A stretch of DNA of 60,083 nt from Rhodothermales bacterium. Its GTDB lineage: Bacteria; Bacteroidota; Rhodothermia; Rhodothermales; Bin80. The stretch spans positions 1 through 60,083 of the forward strand of contig JAAXGT010000091.1 in assembly GCA_012271205.1 (NCBI GenBank), written 5' to 3'. Below the pieces are notes generated by a model that saw only the letters and a program-made list of their open reading frames with translations, ran no database searches and had not been told where the DNA came from. The first letter of the stretch is position 1, and each line of letters begins with the position of its first letter. Of this stretch, positions 47,524-58,182 are shown in pieces. The translations under genes and the position numbers were made by a program.

Positions 47524-50500
47524 TGCAGCCGCACTTGGTTTGTGCCAAAGATATGTGCGAGGCCCTTCATAAAGTCTGAAGTGGTCTTAACCTTCACTTG
47601 ATCACATACAACGGCGAGCGTCGTCTCATTATCCATGATGTTAAACTGCAATTCGCGCTCACCGGGATGGGTGGCGCAGAGCTTGGCGAAACGCTGAATG
47701 GCGTCCGGAGACACCGCGTCCGGATCCAGCTGAATGATAAGCTTCCGGATAAAATCATCCCGAATGCGTTGCAGGGGAACCACCTGCCGTGCAATCACAC
47801 GGATGGTCCCGGCATTCTCCTCCACATCTCCTTGCACGAGCACGACCGAGTTTACGGTCAGCAGGTCCCGGGTCTTGTCCACCATCTCCTTGAAACACAT
47901 TAGCTCACCAGTGCCGGATCGGTCTTCAAGAGTCGCTTGCAGCACGGGAGTGCCCCGGGCGGTAGTGCGAATCTTAACGGACGTGACTACACCGCAGTAA
48001 GTGTGAAAGGGCTTACCTGGGCCGTTGCCGTTCAGGACGTCGAGGTTGGCCAACTTGGCCGTTGCACATGAGCGGGCTTCTATTTCCCAGTTATCCAGCG
48101 GATGGCCTGATATGTAGAATCCAGCCAGCTCCCGCTCGAAAGCGAGCTTCTGCGCCATCGACCACCGTTCGCACTCGGGCAGGTCTGGTTCGGGCATATC
48201 CATACGGTCTTCTGCGGTCCCAAACAGGGAGATCTGGCCTCGCCGTTGAGCATCCTGGATGCCGACGGCATGCTGGATAGCATGTTCCAGTGCATTCTCA
48301 AGTTGTGCCCGATGTCCTTCGAGCTCATCCAGTGCACCGGCCCGAATGAGGCACTCAAGGGTTTTCTTATTGACTTCACGCAAATCGAGTGTCCTGATCA
48401 GCTGGTAAAGATTTTTTGCCAGGCCGTGCACTTCGCGGTTGGCAATTATCGCCGAAATAGCATTACGCCCCACGCCCTTGATGGACGAGAGACCAAACCG
48501 GATTTGATCTCCTTCAACCGCGAAGTCGTGCTGGCTATGATTAATGGACGGAGGGATCATATTCAGGCGAAGCCGCCGCGCTTCGTCAAGTGTGACGGCA
48601 AACTTCTTCGAATCGTTTGCGACATTGGACATCGCCGAGGCCATGAATTCAGCCGTGTAGTTCGCCTTGAGGTAGGCCGTTTGGTACGCCAGGAGCGAAT
48701 AGGCTGCGCTGTGGCTATTGTGTACTACAAGCCCGTTGGCCAAGAAATTGTGATCGCCCGCTACGGTAAGATCAAATGTGTCCATGTGTCCGGCGGGTAC
48801 AATGGATGCAATTTCGTCCCATGCCACGTTAGACCTAGCAGTACACTTGCCAGCCAATGCAACGCGGTACAAGCCCGCCTGTGCTGTAACCGGGACCGTC
48901 ATTCCGATCCCCAGAAGCAGTCGTTGTACATCCCGTGCAAGTTCAAAGCTGCGCGTCAAGAGGTGCGTACCGCACCGCCGGCGTAGCTCTTTAACAAAGC
49001 ATTCCACGTCTGATTCACCCAGCGAGAACAGTTCTTGTGGCAGCCGAACTGCAATCCATGTTGCGATTTGTGTGTGCTGTGCTCCCCATGGTAGTGTGCG
49101 CCGCTTCGGCTTAAGCGCGCTTCGGGCTACCAGGTTTGCTGCAGCCGCAAGCCTGGCCTGTGACCACTGGTTTGCCGTCAGAGCGCCCAGCCAGGCCGGA
49201 GCCGCCAAGCGGTCCCCTGCCCGTAATCCGTCCAGCCGCATCCAGCCTCCGGGTGTCAGAAACCGATGTGTTGCAGTGGCTATGATGCGCCGGCCAAGTC
49301 GCGTTGTGAGTTCATATACGGACTTGCAGCCGTTGTACATCACATCGGTCACCGGGCGCGGCGAAAAACGGCCGTCAGAGCCGAGCGCATGGACCATAAA
49401 CCCGTCGGATCCACGCGAATATAACGCTGCAATTGTGGTGGACTGGCCCGAGACGGCGTGGACAATTTCCGTCGATCCGGCAAGGCATTTATTGAAGCCG
49501 TACTTCGCAAACTCATTCATCTGGTCGAAGACGGAATTCGCGATAGTCTTATTGATGCCATTCCTGGCCGCTCCCTGAACAAAATCGGCGCGTTGCTTGG
49601 CCATTTCGTCCTGCTTCTTCTTACCCATGGCCCGCCGCAAGAGGTCGGCAGCACCCAGCGAATACCCCCCCATTACCTGCGCAATCTGCATGACCTGTTC
49701 CTGATATACCGGAAGGCCATAGGTCTCCTTCAGTAGGGGCTCCAATATCGGATGCCCGTACGTCACTGATTCCTGGCCGTGTTTGCGTGCGACGTAATTC
49801 TGGATGTACTGCATAGGGCCTGGACGGTACAGTGCGTTCATGGCAATGAGGTCACCGAAGTGCGTGGGCTTCAGTTCCCGGAGCGACCTGCGCATGCCCT
49901 CTGACTCAAACTGGAAGATGCCAGTTGTGTCACCCTGTTGAAACAGCTGATACGTCTTAGCATCGTCCAAGGCCAGCGTATCCAAGTCAATCTCAATTCC
50001 CCGATTCTGCTTGACGAGCCGCACGGCGTCCCGCAGGATGGTCAAGGTGGACAGACCCAGGAAGTCCATCTTCAAGAGGCCGAAATGCTCTACCCAGTTT
50101 CCATCGTACTGCGTAGTCAGTACATGGTCGTCCTTGTTCTTGGTTGTGGCAACGGGCACATAGTCGCTCACCTGTCCCGGAGCAATGATTACACCCGCTG
50201 CATGGACACCTGTATGCCGAACACAGCCTTCCAGCACTATGGAATGATGGAGCAGCTGTTGAATCTCTTCTCGCGGATCGTTCTTGAGGGCGCGAAGCTC
50301 GTTTACTTTCTTGAGCGCTGCAGCCAGCTCCACCTTCGGTCCCTCGGGGATAGCCTTGGCAATCCGGTCGGCTTCGCTTAGCGAAATTCCCAATACGCGC
50401 GCCACATCCCGAATGACGGTCTTGGCCCCCATCGTTCCAAAGGTGATAATCTGGCAAACACTTTCGCGGCCGTACTTCTTGACGACATAGTCGATGACTT

Positions 50501-51728
50501 TGGCCCGGCCGTGATCGTCAAAGTCGATATCGATGTCTGGCATGGATACGCGCTCCGGATTCAGGAAGCGCTCAAACAGCAGACCGTACTTCAGGGGGTC
50601 AATACTGGTGATGCCCAAACAGTAGGCCACGACGCTCCCGGCCGCCGAACCCCGTCCCGGTCCCACGGCCACGTTCATCTCACGGGCCGCCGTGGTAAAG
50701 TCCTGAACGATCAGAAAGTAGCCGGCGTAGCCCATTTCCCGAATGATGCCGAGCTCCAGATTGATTCGGGCCTCGATGTCCGGTCCCAGTTCGGGATACC
50801 GGCTCCGTGCCCGGGCAAATACCAAATGTTTCAAATAGTTGTCGGCATCGTTGCCAAATTCTGCCGGAATCTTGAAGTGCGGCATGAGCAAATCGCCCAT
50901 GGGGAGCTCAAAGTTGCATTTATCGGCGATTTCTGCGCTCTTGTCGAGCCAAGAGGCAGCGAGCGGCTCTGGGCCGAACTTTTCAATCATCTGCTCGGCG
51001 GTTTTCAGATAGAGCTCTCCATTGCCAAACTTCAGGCGATCCGCATCGGCCATTTGTTTGCCGGTTTGCAAGCACAACAGAATTTCCTGCGAAGTGGCGT
51101 CTTTGCGCTCTACGTAATGGACATCATTGGTGGCTACCACCCCCACGTCAAATTCTTTAGCCAATTCTAGAAGTGTGGGGTTGATCTTGGACTGATCCTC
51201 TATGCCGTGTTGCTGGATTTCGACATAAAAATCGCGGCCAAACACATCGAGATACTGTTTGAAGAGTGTCCGCGCGCGTGCGAGGTTACCTGCCAGAATC
51301 GCCTGAGGCACCTCGCCCTGCAGGCAGCAGGTTGTGGCCACGAGCCCTTCACTGTGCTGCGCCAGCGTTTCAAAATCAATGCGGGGTTTGTAGTAGAAGC
51401 CCCGGAGATAGGACAATGAGGACAACTTGACCAGGTGGTGATACCCGGTTTCATTTTTGGCCCAAAGGATCTGATGATATCGCTTGCGATCCGAGCGGTC
51501 CTGCATGCCCGAGCGAGTCAGATAGAACTCGCAGCCGATAACGGGCTGAATGCCTTGCTTCCGTGTCTTTGTGTGGAATTCCGGTACGCCAAAAAGATTG
51601 CCGTGATCACTGATTCCAAGAGCCTTCATGTTGAGTGCCGCGGCCCGGTCTACCAGTCTGTCAATGCGGGCGGCTCCATCAAGCAGGGAATAGGACGTAT
51701 GGCAGTGCAGGTGGCAGAAGTATGGCAT
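47505..51728 (-). CDS. dnaE: DNA polymerase III alpha subunit containing an intein
   Basis: PHP domain HLH.HT.YSLLDG, GPGRGSAAGS, PDIDIDF, GLLKMDFLGL; YGFNK|SH motif split by an insert. Confidence 0.97.
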   Translation of the reverse strand: MPYFCHLHCHTSYSLLDGAARIDRLVDRAAALNMKALGISDHGNLFGVPEFHTKTRKQGIQPVIGCEFYLTRSGMQDRSDRKRYHQILWAKNETGYHHLVKLSSLSYLRGFYYKPRIDFETLAQHSEGLVATTCCLQGEVPQAILAGNLARARTLFKQYLDVFGRDFYVEIQQHGIEDQSKINPTLLELAKEFDVGVVATNDVHYVERKDATSQEILLCLQTGKQMADADRLKFGNGELYLKTAEQMIEKFGPEPLAASWLDKSAEIADKCNFELPMGDLLMPHFKIPAEFGNDADNYLKHLVFARARSRYPELGPDIEARINLELGIIREMGYAGYFLIVQDFTTAAREMNVAVGPGRGSAAGSVVAYCLGITSIDPLKYGLLFERFLNPERVSMPDIDIDFDDHGRAKVIDYVVKKYGRESVCQIITFGTMGAKTVIRDVARVLGISLSEADRIAKAIPEGPKVELAAALKKVNELRALKNDPREEIQQLLHHSIVLEGCVRHTGVHAAGVIIAPGQVSDYVPVATTKNKDDHVLTTQYDGNWVEHFGLLKMDFLGLSTLTILRDAVRLVKQNRGIEIDLDTLALDDAKTYQLFQQGDTTGIFQFESEGMRRSLRELKPTHFGDLIAMNALYRPGPMQYIQNYVARKHGQESVTYGHPILEPLLKETYGLPVYQEQVMQIAQVMGGYSLGAADLLRRAMGKKKQDEMAKQRADFVQGAARNGINKTIANSVFDQMNEFAKYGFNKCLAGSTEIVHAVSGQSTTIAALYSRGSDGFMVHALGSDGRFSPRPVTDVMYNGCKSVYELTTRLGRRIIATATHRFLTPGGWMRLDGLRAGDRLAAPAWLGALTANQWSQARLAAAANLVARSALKPKRRTLPWGAQHTQIATWIAVRLPQELFSLGESDVECFVKELRRRCGTHLLTRSFELARDVQRLLLGIGMTVPVTAQAGLYRVALAGKCTARSNVAWDEIASIVPAGHMDTFDLTVAGDHNFLANGLVVHNSHSAAYSLLAYQTAYLKANYTAEFMASAMSNVANDSKKFAVTLDEARRLRLNMIPPSINHSQHDFAVEGDQIRFGLSSIKGVGRNAISAIIANREVHGLAKNLYQLIRTLDLREVNKKTLECLIRAGALDELEGHRAQLENALEHAIQHAVGIQDAQRRGQISLFGTAEDRMDMPEPDLPECERWSMAQKLAFERELAGFYISGHPLDNWEIEARSCATAKLANLDVLNGNGPGKPFHTYCGVVTSVKIRTTARGTPVLQATLEDRSGTGELMCFKEMVDKTRDLLTVNSVVLVQGDVEENAGTIRVIARQVVPLQRIRDDFIRKLIIQLDPDAVSPDAIQRFAKLCATHPGERELQFNIMDNETTLAVVCDQVKVKTTSDFMKGLAHIFGTNQVRLQWQVQT
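48717..49487 (-). mobile_element. 257-aa intein with degenerate LAGLIDADG remnant
   Basis: Begins CLAGST after GFNK; block B 'ATATHRFLT'; block F 'TFDLTV.GDHNFLANG'; ends VVHN followed by Ser. Confidence 0.95.
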
Positions 51729-51786
51729 TCGAGCCAGATTGGGGTGATTATGTGATACGCTGCCGCCGATGGGCGGTCGTACCAGC

Positions 51787-51815
51787 TTGACATGGCGCAG
51801 GAACCGTACTAAATT
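51787..51815 (+). promoter_or_regulatory. sigma70-type promoter
   Basis: TTGACA - 17 bp - TAAATT upstream of the Hc1-like gene. Confidence 0.6.
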
Positions 51816-51896
51816 AGCACTCGGTGTTCAGTAATGGCATGCGCGTTTATCAGATATACGCGTTTTTCTCTCACTAAACTTTTTGTTCAAGACTTC

Positions 51897-52070
51897 ATGT
51901 CTCGATTCGAACAACTCAGGAGCTTGATAAATAGCACGGAGCAGGACTTTGCGAAATTCTACGGGAAGGGTGTGCAGTCTGCGGGCACGCGTGTCCGCAA
52001 GGCAATGCAGGAACTGAAGGTGCTGGCGCAGGAGATTCGTGTTGAAATCCAGGATATGAAAAACCGTTAG
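51897..52070 (+). CDS. histone H1-like (Hc1-like) small protein
   Basis: 'DFAKFY.KG..SAGTRVRKAMQELK.LAQEIR' is typical of this Bacteroidota family. Confidence 0.88.
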   Translation: MSRFEQLRSLINSTEQDFAKFYGKGVQSAGTRVRKAMQELKVLAQEIRVEIQDMKNR

Positions 52071-52602
52071 TGGATTCGCGGATCAGCACCAGTCCGTGTG
52101 CATCGGGGTCGGCGTGAGTGTGCAGGCACCGCGAGCGCATCGATTCTGTGGAGTCACGGGTCTATTGTTGCCTGCCTGATCAGCGGTTGCGATTGACAGC
52201 GCTATGGTTTGCCAAGGGTTGTGACCGATTTCGGTTGAAGGCGTGCTTGGTGCGGGGCCATTTCAGTCCCGGTCTGTTTAAGTGCGTCGGTGCAGTGCCG
52301 GTGTGGCGTTTTTTGTGGAAATGCTGGCGGATCAGCAGGTGCTGTTCCGCTTCGTGCTGCGATCTCGTTGCGTGACGCTGCGGGGGGTCGCAGTTTGAGG
52401 TAGTGGCACGCCTTGGCTGAACATGTCGCCCTCGAAAGGATATGCGGCGTAATTGCATGGTTTGACGCGAGCACGAACACAGAGCCATGCTGTGGCACAG
52501 TAAGATGGCAATCCGGACTTTTCAGGCTGAAGGTGCATTTAACGGGGCTGTGGAAGGCAGAGGTTTGATCGGGCTATTCGGGTAGCAGGCTCCAATGCAG
52601 CT

Positions 52603-53865
52603 ATGAGACACGTATGGATCGTGTTGTTTCTCGCTGTGGTCGTGGCGTGTTCGGCGCCATCAGAAGTACGGAGACCCAGCGCACCGCCGGTGCCGCCAGC
52701 CCCCGAATTCCATCCTGGCGTGGACGAAGTTAGGAGTATTCAACTGTATGCGGAGCAGGAACGTAACTTGCCAGTCTACCGTCTCCGGAGCGGTGTTCCG
52801 CTTACACTCGAATTCGACATATTGAACTGGAATCCACGCCCCCTTTCGGTGTATTTCTACCACGCTGATCGCGTCTGGCGGCGGGACTTAACACCGGGTG
52901 AATACCTGGAGGCTTTTGACCGTGACAATTTGTTCGACTACGAACTTTCGCGTGCGACGCTGGTCCAGTATTCGCATTACCGATATAGATTTCCAAACGC
53001 GGCGATAGCTTTTCGCCTCAGCGGCAATTACGTGCTGCGCGTGACCGAGCAGGGAAAGGAAGCAGAGGTGCTTTTTGAGCGCCCGTTCTTTGTGACGGAA
53101 GACGTAGCGGGCACGCAAATGCATCTCGATTTGTTAATGACTGGCCGACTGGCATTGCCTGCCGTGCAGCCGCATCTGCTGGTGCTTCCGCCGGCCGAAG
53201 TGGGCGCGAGCCTGTTCGATCTGTCGGTCTGTTTCTTCCAAGGGGGACATATCTTAACGCCCCGCTGCATACAGCGCCCCTCGATTTCTGGACAGTCTGA
53301 ACTCCTGTACTACCTGGACCCGGAAGATGCTTATGGTGTGCGTGTCGGGGATTATTATTTGGACTTGCGACAGTTGTTACCCCGTGACGACATCGAACAT
53401 GTAGACCGCGCATCTACCCCTTATGTAGTGCACTTGCAGCCCGATTATGCTCGTTTTCCAGACAATGACTGGGGTCCATTGCAAACTGGACAGTCCGTTA
53501 TTTCAGGTAGAGACGGGGTAGCAGACACGCAGGCGGAATATGTACACGTAGTCTTTCACTTCGTCCCGCCTGACGGAAAGCCGTTGCCCGGCGGCTTGTA
53601 TGTTACCGGCAGCTTTAACGGCTGGCGCGTGGATCTGGGCTCTGCAATGACTTGGCAAAGTGACGCCGGACAGTACGAAAGCCGGCACCTTATCAAACAG
53701 GGGGTTTACGAGTATCGCTATACTTCACCGGATCCGGAAGTGCAGCGTGCGTTGCAAGTCCGCCTGCTTCGACCCGATCAGTTGTATACCGGCTTGGTCT
53801 ACTTTCGCGATACGAGTCTGGGCACCGATCGCATTCTGGCTGTTTCGCAGGTTTTCTCCAAGTAA
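52603..53865 (+). CDS. DUF5103 / T9SS plug-like lipoprotein
   Basis: Lipobox VVAC; 'L.LEFD', 'Y.HYRY.FPN', 'SGNY.L', 'Y..V.F', 'KQG.YEY.Y'. Confidence 0.8.
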   Translation: MRHVWIVLFLAVVVACSAPSEVRRPSAPPVPPAPEFHPGVDEVRSIQLYAEQERNLPVYRLRSGVPLTLEFDILNWNPRPLSVYFYHADRVWRRDLTPGEYLEAFDRDNLFDYELSRATLVQYSHYRYRFPNAAIAFRLSGNYVLRVTEQGKEAEVLFERPFFVTEDVAGTQMHLDLLMTGRLALPAVQPHLLVLPPAEVGASLFDLSVCFFQGGHILTPRCIQRPSISGQSELLYYLDPEDAYGVRVGDYYLDLRQLLPRDDIEHVDRASTPYVVHLQPDYARFPDNDWGPLQTGQSVISGRDGVADTQAEYVHVVFHFVPPDGKPLPGGLYVTGSFNGWRVDLGSAMTWQSDAGQYESRHLIKQGVYEYRYTSPDPEVQRALQVRLLRPDQLYTGLVYFRDTSLGTDRILAVSQVFSK

Positions 53866-53945
53866 GTTGCAGGTTGCATTGAAACAGGCGGTATTGAAAT
53901 TTGTACCTTTACGTCCCTCATCAATCACTTGACAACTTGAGGCCG

Positions 53946-56423
53946 ATGAAAATGCTACGCAGTGCGAGTCTTGTAGTTCTCATTCTATGCCTGTTGGCCG
54001 GGTGTGCTGGTCTGCGAAAGGCTGCACCACCGGTTGCGGAAGCACCTTCGGAGAAGCCTGACGAGAAAGAGGAAGACACGAAGAAGTACTCGGATGTAAT
54101 CACGGACGAGGCGGAGACTGATTCCGGTCTCTTCGTGGTGCATCGCATTGACGAAAAGCTCTATTACGAAATTCCGGACTCATTGCTGGACCGCGAAATG
54201 CTGATGGTAACGCGTATTGCGGCCACGGCGAACAATCTGGGATACGGGGGCGAAAAGGCCAACACGCAGACCTTGCGCTGGCAGCGCCGTGATCGTGACA
54301 AGAAAATTCTGCTGCGTGTGGTCTCTTATCAGAATGTGGCGGACGAAGAGTTGCCGATTTACCAAGCGGTCCGCAACTCCAATTTTGAGCCTATCGTTCG
54401 CTCGTTTGATATTGAAACGGTGAATGATGATTCAACGGCCAGCGTGATTGAAGTCACCAGCCTCTTTATGGAGGACATTTCATCCTTGGGGCTGCCCTCG
54501 TTCCGGCGTGAACTTTATCGGGTACGACGGCTCGACGGCAGTCGCTCGTACATCAGCAGCGCCAAGAGTTATCCTCAAAACATCGAAGTGCGTCATATTC
54601 TGAGCTATGATGCGGGATCTCCACCGTCCAATAGTTCGAGCAACACGATTTCCGTGGAAATGAACCAGTCCATGATCCTGTTGCCGAAGGAGCCTATGCA
54701 GCCGCGCCTGTGTGATCAGCGCGTGGGCTTTTTCAGTGTGACACTGACGGATTATGGTCGGGATGCGCAAAAGGCGGAACAGCGTTGCTATATCACGCGC
54801 TGGCGCCTTGAGCCCAAGGATCCGGAGGCGTATGCCCGGGGCGAACTGGTGGAGCCGGTGAAGCCGATTGTTTACTACATAGATCCGGCCACGCCCGAGA
54901 AGTGGCGTCCATATTTGAAGCAGGGTATAGAAGACTGGAACAAGGCGTTTGAGCAGGCCGGTTTCACGAACGCCATTATAGCCAAGGATCCGCCTAGCGA
55001 GGAAGAAGATCCGGAGTTCAGTCCGGAAGACGTGCGCTACTCGGTCATCCGGTATTTCTCGTCCAACGTTCAGAATGCCTACGGACCGCATGTACACGAT
55101 CCGCGTTCCGGAGAGATTCTGGAAAGCGACATCGGTTGGTTTCACAACGTGATGAACCTGCTGCGCAACTGGTTCTTCGTACAGACGGCCGCTGTAAATC
55201 CGGATGCCCGCAGCGTAAAGTTTCGGGATGAAGTTATGGGCCGTCTTGTCCGATTTGTGTCCGCGCACGAGGTTGGGCACACGCTCGGGCTACCACACAA
55301 CATGGGTTCCAGTTACGCTTATCCGACAGATTCGCTGCGCTCACCCTCGTTTACGGACACCCACGGCACGGCCCCCTCGATTATGGACTATGCACGGTTC
55401 AATTACGTGGCTCAGCCGGGCGATGGGGTAACCAGCTTGATGCCTGATGTTGGGATTTACGACAAGTGGGCCGTCAAATGGGGGTACTCCGTGTTGCCGG
55501 ACGCCGAGTCGCCGGATGACGAGCGCGAAACCCTGAACAACTGGGTGGTCGAACGAGCCGATGATCCACTCTATTTCTTCGGAAGCACGAGCGTGGATCC
55601 CCGCGTGCAGACGGAGGATCTCAGCAATGATGCGATCAAGGCCAGTGACTACGGCGTCGCCAATTTGAAAGTTGTCCTCGGGGAGCTCATCAACTGGACT
55701 GCAGAGGATGCAAAGGATTATGGCGATTTGAATGAACTCTATGGCCAGCTGGTTACGCAGTGGAACCGGTACGTGGGGCATGTGCTGACGAGCGTTGGTG
55801 CCTATTACGAAGATGACAAGACGTACGACCAGGAGGGTGCGGTTTACACTCGCGTGCCCGCCGACCGGCAGCGTGAATCTGTACGCTGGCTTAACCGCGA
55901 AGTCTTTGCCACGCCCACGTGGATGCTGAATGAAGACGTGTTGCGGCGTATTGAGGGGGTAGGCGCTATGGATCGCATTCGGCGCTATCAGGTGAGTGCC
56001 GTAAACCGGGTACTGGATCCGTCGCGGATTGGGCGCGTGATGGAGTCAGAGGCACTCGCAAACGGAGAAACCATTTACACGTTTGCGGAACTTTTGACGG
56101 ATATGCGCAGCGGCATTTGGGGCGAGCTCCAATCGGCATCAGCCATTGGCCCCTTCCGTCGAAACCTGCAGCGGGGATATCTGGAGCGGCTGGAATACCT
56201 CATGACGCAAGAACCGCCGTCGTTCCCTGCGGCTTTTGCAGCCTTTGGTCTTACCAATGTTGATGTCAGCCAGTCCGATATTCGGGCCTACGTGCGTGGT
56301 GAACTCAAGACGTTGCAGCGGCAGGCGAGGCGTGCGGCCTCACGGACGCGCGACAGCATGACACGTCTGCATCTGGAAGATATAGATGCTCGCATAGAGG
56401 ATATCCTCGAAGGCGAAGATTAG
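53946..56423 (+). CDS. zinc-dependent metalloprotease (DUF5118/DUF5117/DUF4953)
   Basis: Lipobox LAGC; DPRSGEI; metzincin HEVGHTLGLPHN; SIMDY. Confidence 0.92.
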   Translation: MKMLRSASLVVLILCLLAGCAGLRKAAPPVAEAPSEKPDEKEEDTKKYSDVITDEAETDSGLFVVHRIDEKLYYEIPDSLLDREMLMVTRIAATANNLGYGGEKANTQTLRWQRRDRDKKILLRVVSYQNVADEELPIYQAVRNSNFEPIVRSFDIETVNDDSTASVIEVTSLFMEDISSLGLPSFRRELYRVRRLDGSRSYISSAKSYPQNIEVRHILSYDAGSPPSNSSSNTISVEMNQSMILLPKEPMQPRLCDQRVGFFSVTLTDYGRDAQKAEQRCYITRWRLEPKDPEAYARGELVEPVKPIVYYIDPATPEKWRPYLKQGIEDWNKAFEQAGFTNAIIAKDPPSEEEDPEFSPEDVRYSVIRYFSSNVQNAYGPHVHDPRSGEILESDIGWFHNVMNLLRNWFFVQTAAVNPDARSVKFRDEVMGRLVRFVSAHEVGHTLGLPHNMGSSYAYPTDSLRSPSFTDTHGTAPSIMDYARFNYVAQPGDGVTSLMPDVGIYDKWAVKWGYSVLPDAESPDDERETLNNWVVERADDPLYFFGSTSVDPRVQTEDLSNDAIKASDYGVANLKVVLGELINWTAEDAKDYGDLNELYGQLVTQWNRYVGHVLTSVGAYYEDDKTYDQEGAVYTRVPADRQRESVRWLNREVFATPTWMLNEDVLRRIEGVGAMDRIRRYQVSAVNRVLDPSRIGRVMESEALANGETIYTFAELLTDMRSGIWGELQSASAIGPFRRNLQRGYLERLEYLMTQEPPSFPAAFAAFGLTNVDVSQSDIRAYVRGELKTLQRQARRAASRTRDSMTRLHLEDIDARIEDILEGED

Positions 56424-56433
56424 AAGATCCACA

Positions 56434-56473
56434 CGGCTACGCGCGTCGGTTTCGGCGCGCGTAGCCGCTTTTT
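56434..56473 (+). terminator. Rho-independent terminator
   Basis: CGGCTACGCGCGTCG-GTTT-CGGCGCGCGTAGCCG followed by CTTTTT, 10 bp after the protease stop. Confidence 0.85.
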
Positions 56474-56958
56474 GCGTGTCTTCGTATCCCTGAATGTGCC
56501 AGTTGCTGTAAGCCAACGGCATGTTATGTCGCTGTGGAAGAGCGATGTACATTTCTGGGGGTTCAGCGTGAAGAAAGTGGATGCACGGAAGGATGAGTAC
56601 TGGAGGCCGAGTAGATGAGGCGATTTTGGCCTTAGGAACTCCAACCATTTTGATGATGGCTGGACGGGGGGCCGCCACGCGCCGGAGGAAGACCCGGAAG
56701 CCAGCCGCGAGTCGCCAATGAGCCTTTTCCACCGTGTGCTGTCGCGTCAGGCAACCTCGGGCCAGCCATTTTGGCCACTGTCCCGTTGCGGGCCACATCA
56801 GTTACGACCTTGGCAGATGGGCGCGGCGTTTCGCCAAGCTGGGTAGAACCCGCTTGGTTTCAGATCCGTTATCGTGTTTGGGCCATCTATTCCAGCCCCT
56901 TCCGCCTTCGAGGGCCAGAAAGGGGCTTAGGGAGTCGACAACAGGAGCCGTTCGACCG

Positions 56959-57688
56959 ATGGACTATCCGCCCCTGAAGAACGCGTCCATCCGGGAGGCG
57001 ATTCTCGACTTCCGAGCTCGCGTGCCGGACGAGGACGTTGACAGGCGGATCCGATAGCTGTGCGACTCGCTCGCGGGGCGATACCCAGAGCAAGCCCCGA
57101 TTCACCAGTTCCACGGGCAGATCCGGTTTGACGAGGGGGGGCGCGGCCCAGGAACAGGCCGCACTCCGGCACGGGTACCGGCTAACAAGCGCGGACGGGG
57201 AGCATGTCGTCCAGATCCGGCGGGACGGATTCACCTTCAGCCAACTCCCGCCGTACGAGTCTTGGGACGCCATGATCGAACGGGCCTGGCCTTCCTGGCA
57301 GCGTTACGCCGGAGAACTTGAGCCAGCTGGAGTCAGCCGAGTTGCCACGAGGTTCATCAATGTACTTCCTGTTACGCTCGGGCAGCCGCTCGACCGATTG
57401 CTGGCGGCACCACCAAAGATGCCCGAAGGCTTGCTCTCCACAATCGCCGGCTTCCTCTTTCGTTACGTGACGGAAGCAACGGACGGGATCGCATCCAGCG
57501 TCTCTCTGGCAACCGAAGGATCGGATCCGCTTGCGCTGGTGTTGTATATCGGTTGTTTCGCGCAGGGTGACTTTTCGGTGGCAAACGACATGGACACTGT
57601 CCGCGGGATCCTCGATCGGCTGAGGGCAAGGAAGAACGCTGTGTTCTTCAACAGCATAGCTTCGGAGGCTCTAGAACAATGGCGATGA
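56959..57688 (+). pseudogene. TIGR04255-family protein, disrupted
   Basis: 'LKNASIREAILDFR', 'GYRL.S.DG..VVQ.RRDGFTFS.L.PYESW', 'VSRVATRFIN', 'KNAVFF'. In-frame TAG at 57055 and an extra G in the G7 run at 57135-57141. AGGAG RBS upstream. Confidence 0.8.
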
Positions 57689-58182
57689 CGGTTGCGGCAG
57701 TGCTGACGGCCCCCCTGATTCCGCCGTAGCGGGGAACGGATCGCGGGGCGACACGCGGGGCCACGGTGATTCCAATCCAAGTGGCGGCAATCGAGGAAAC
57801 ATACACGGATCTGGCAGCAGACAGCTGGCGCCGGCGCACCGGTCGAGAGGCATTGGCCGAGGCTTTCCAAGAGTGTTCCGCTCCCGACTGGGATGGCTAC
57901 GGAGCCTCGCCGGCCGATCCCCTATCAGCATCGTGGGCCTGCGATGTCGTTGCCCCTCTGCTGCCGATTCTCGGGCTGCCCCATTATTCATTTGATCCCG
58001 ACGGAGACGTGTTGCTGGAGTGGCACTTGGCCGAGGATCGGGTACTTGACCTGAGTGTTGGAGCCAACGGGGAAGTCCGCTACTCAGCGGTGATCGGGGG
58101 TAGCAGGATGACCGGGATCGAGCAATTCGCCGAGGGACTACCACTAGGGCTTCTCAGCGTCGCGCGGGGTTTGGCTCAATAG
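57685..58182 (+). pseudogene. conserved hypothetical 'WDGYGA' protein, with in-frame TAG if it starts at 57685
   Basis: ATGA overlap with the upstream gene; TAG at 57727; 'DWDGYGA.P', 'PDGDVLLEW'. Could be intact from GTG 57766. Confidence 0.65.

Noticed and set aside
48246-51170. Long plus-strand ORFs opposite dnaE and similar antisense ORFs elsewhere
   Set aside because: Shadow ORFs expected in GC-rich coding DNA; no protein motifs.
52071-52602. 530-bp intergenic region with GCGGATCAGCA twice; possible ncRNA
   Set aside because: No recognisable tRNA, tmRNA, RNase P, SRP or riboswitch features; ORFs look spurious. An Rfam scan would be needed.
56475-56958. Minus-strand 'RQHTVEKAHWRL' resembling a transposase C-terminal motif
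   Set aside because: One weak motif with no supporting context.
57055-57729. Two in-frame TAG codons as amber recoding
   Set aside because: TAG is a normal stop elsewhere in the window and the same gene also has a frameshift; pseudogenisation is simpler.
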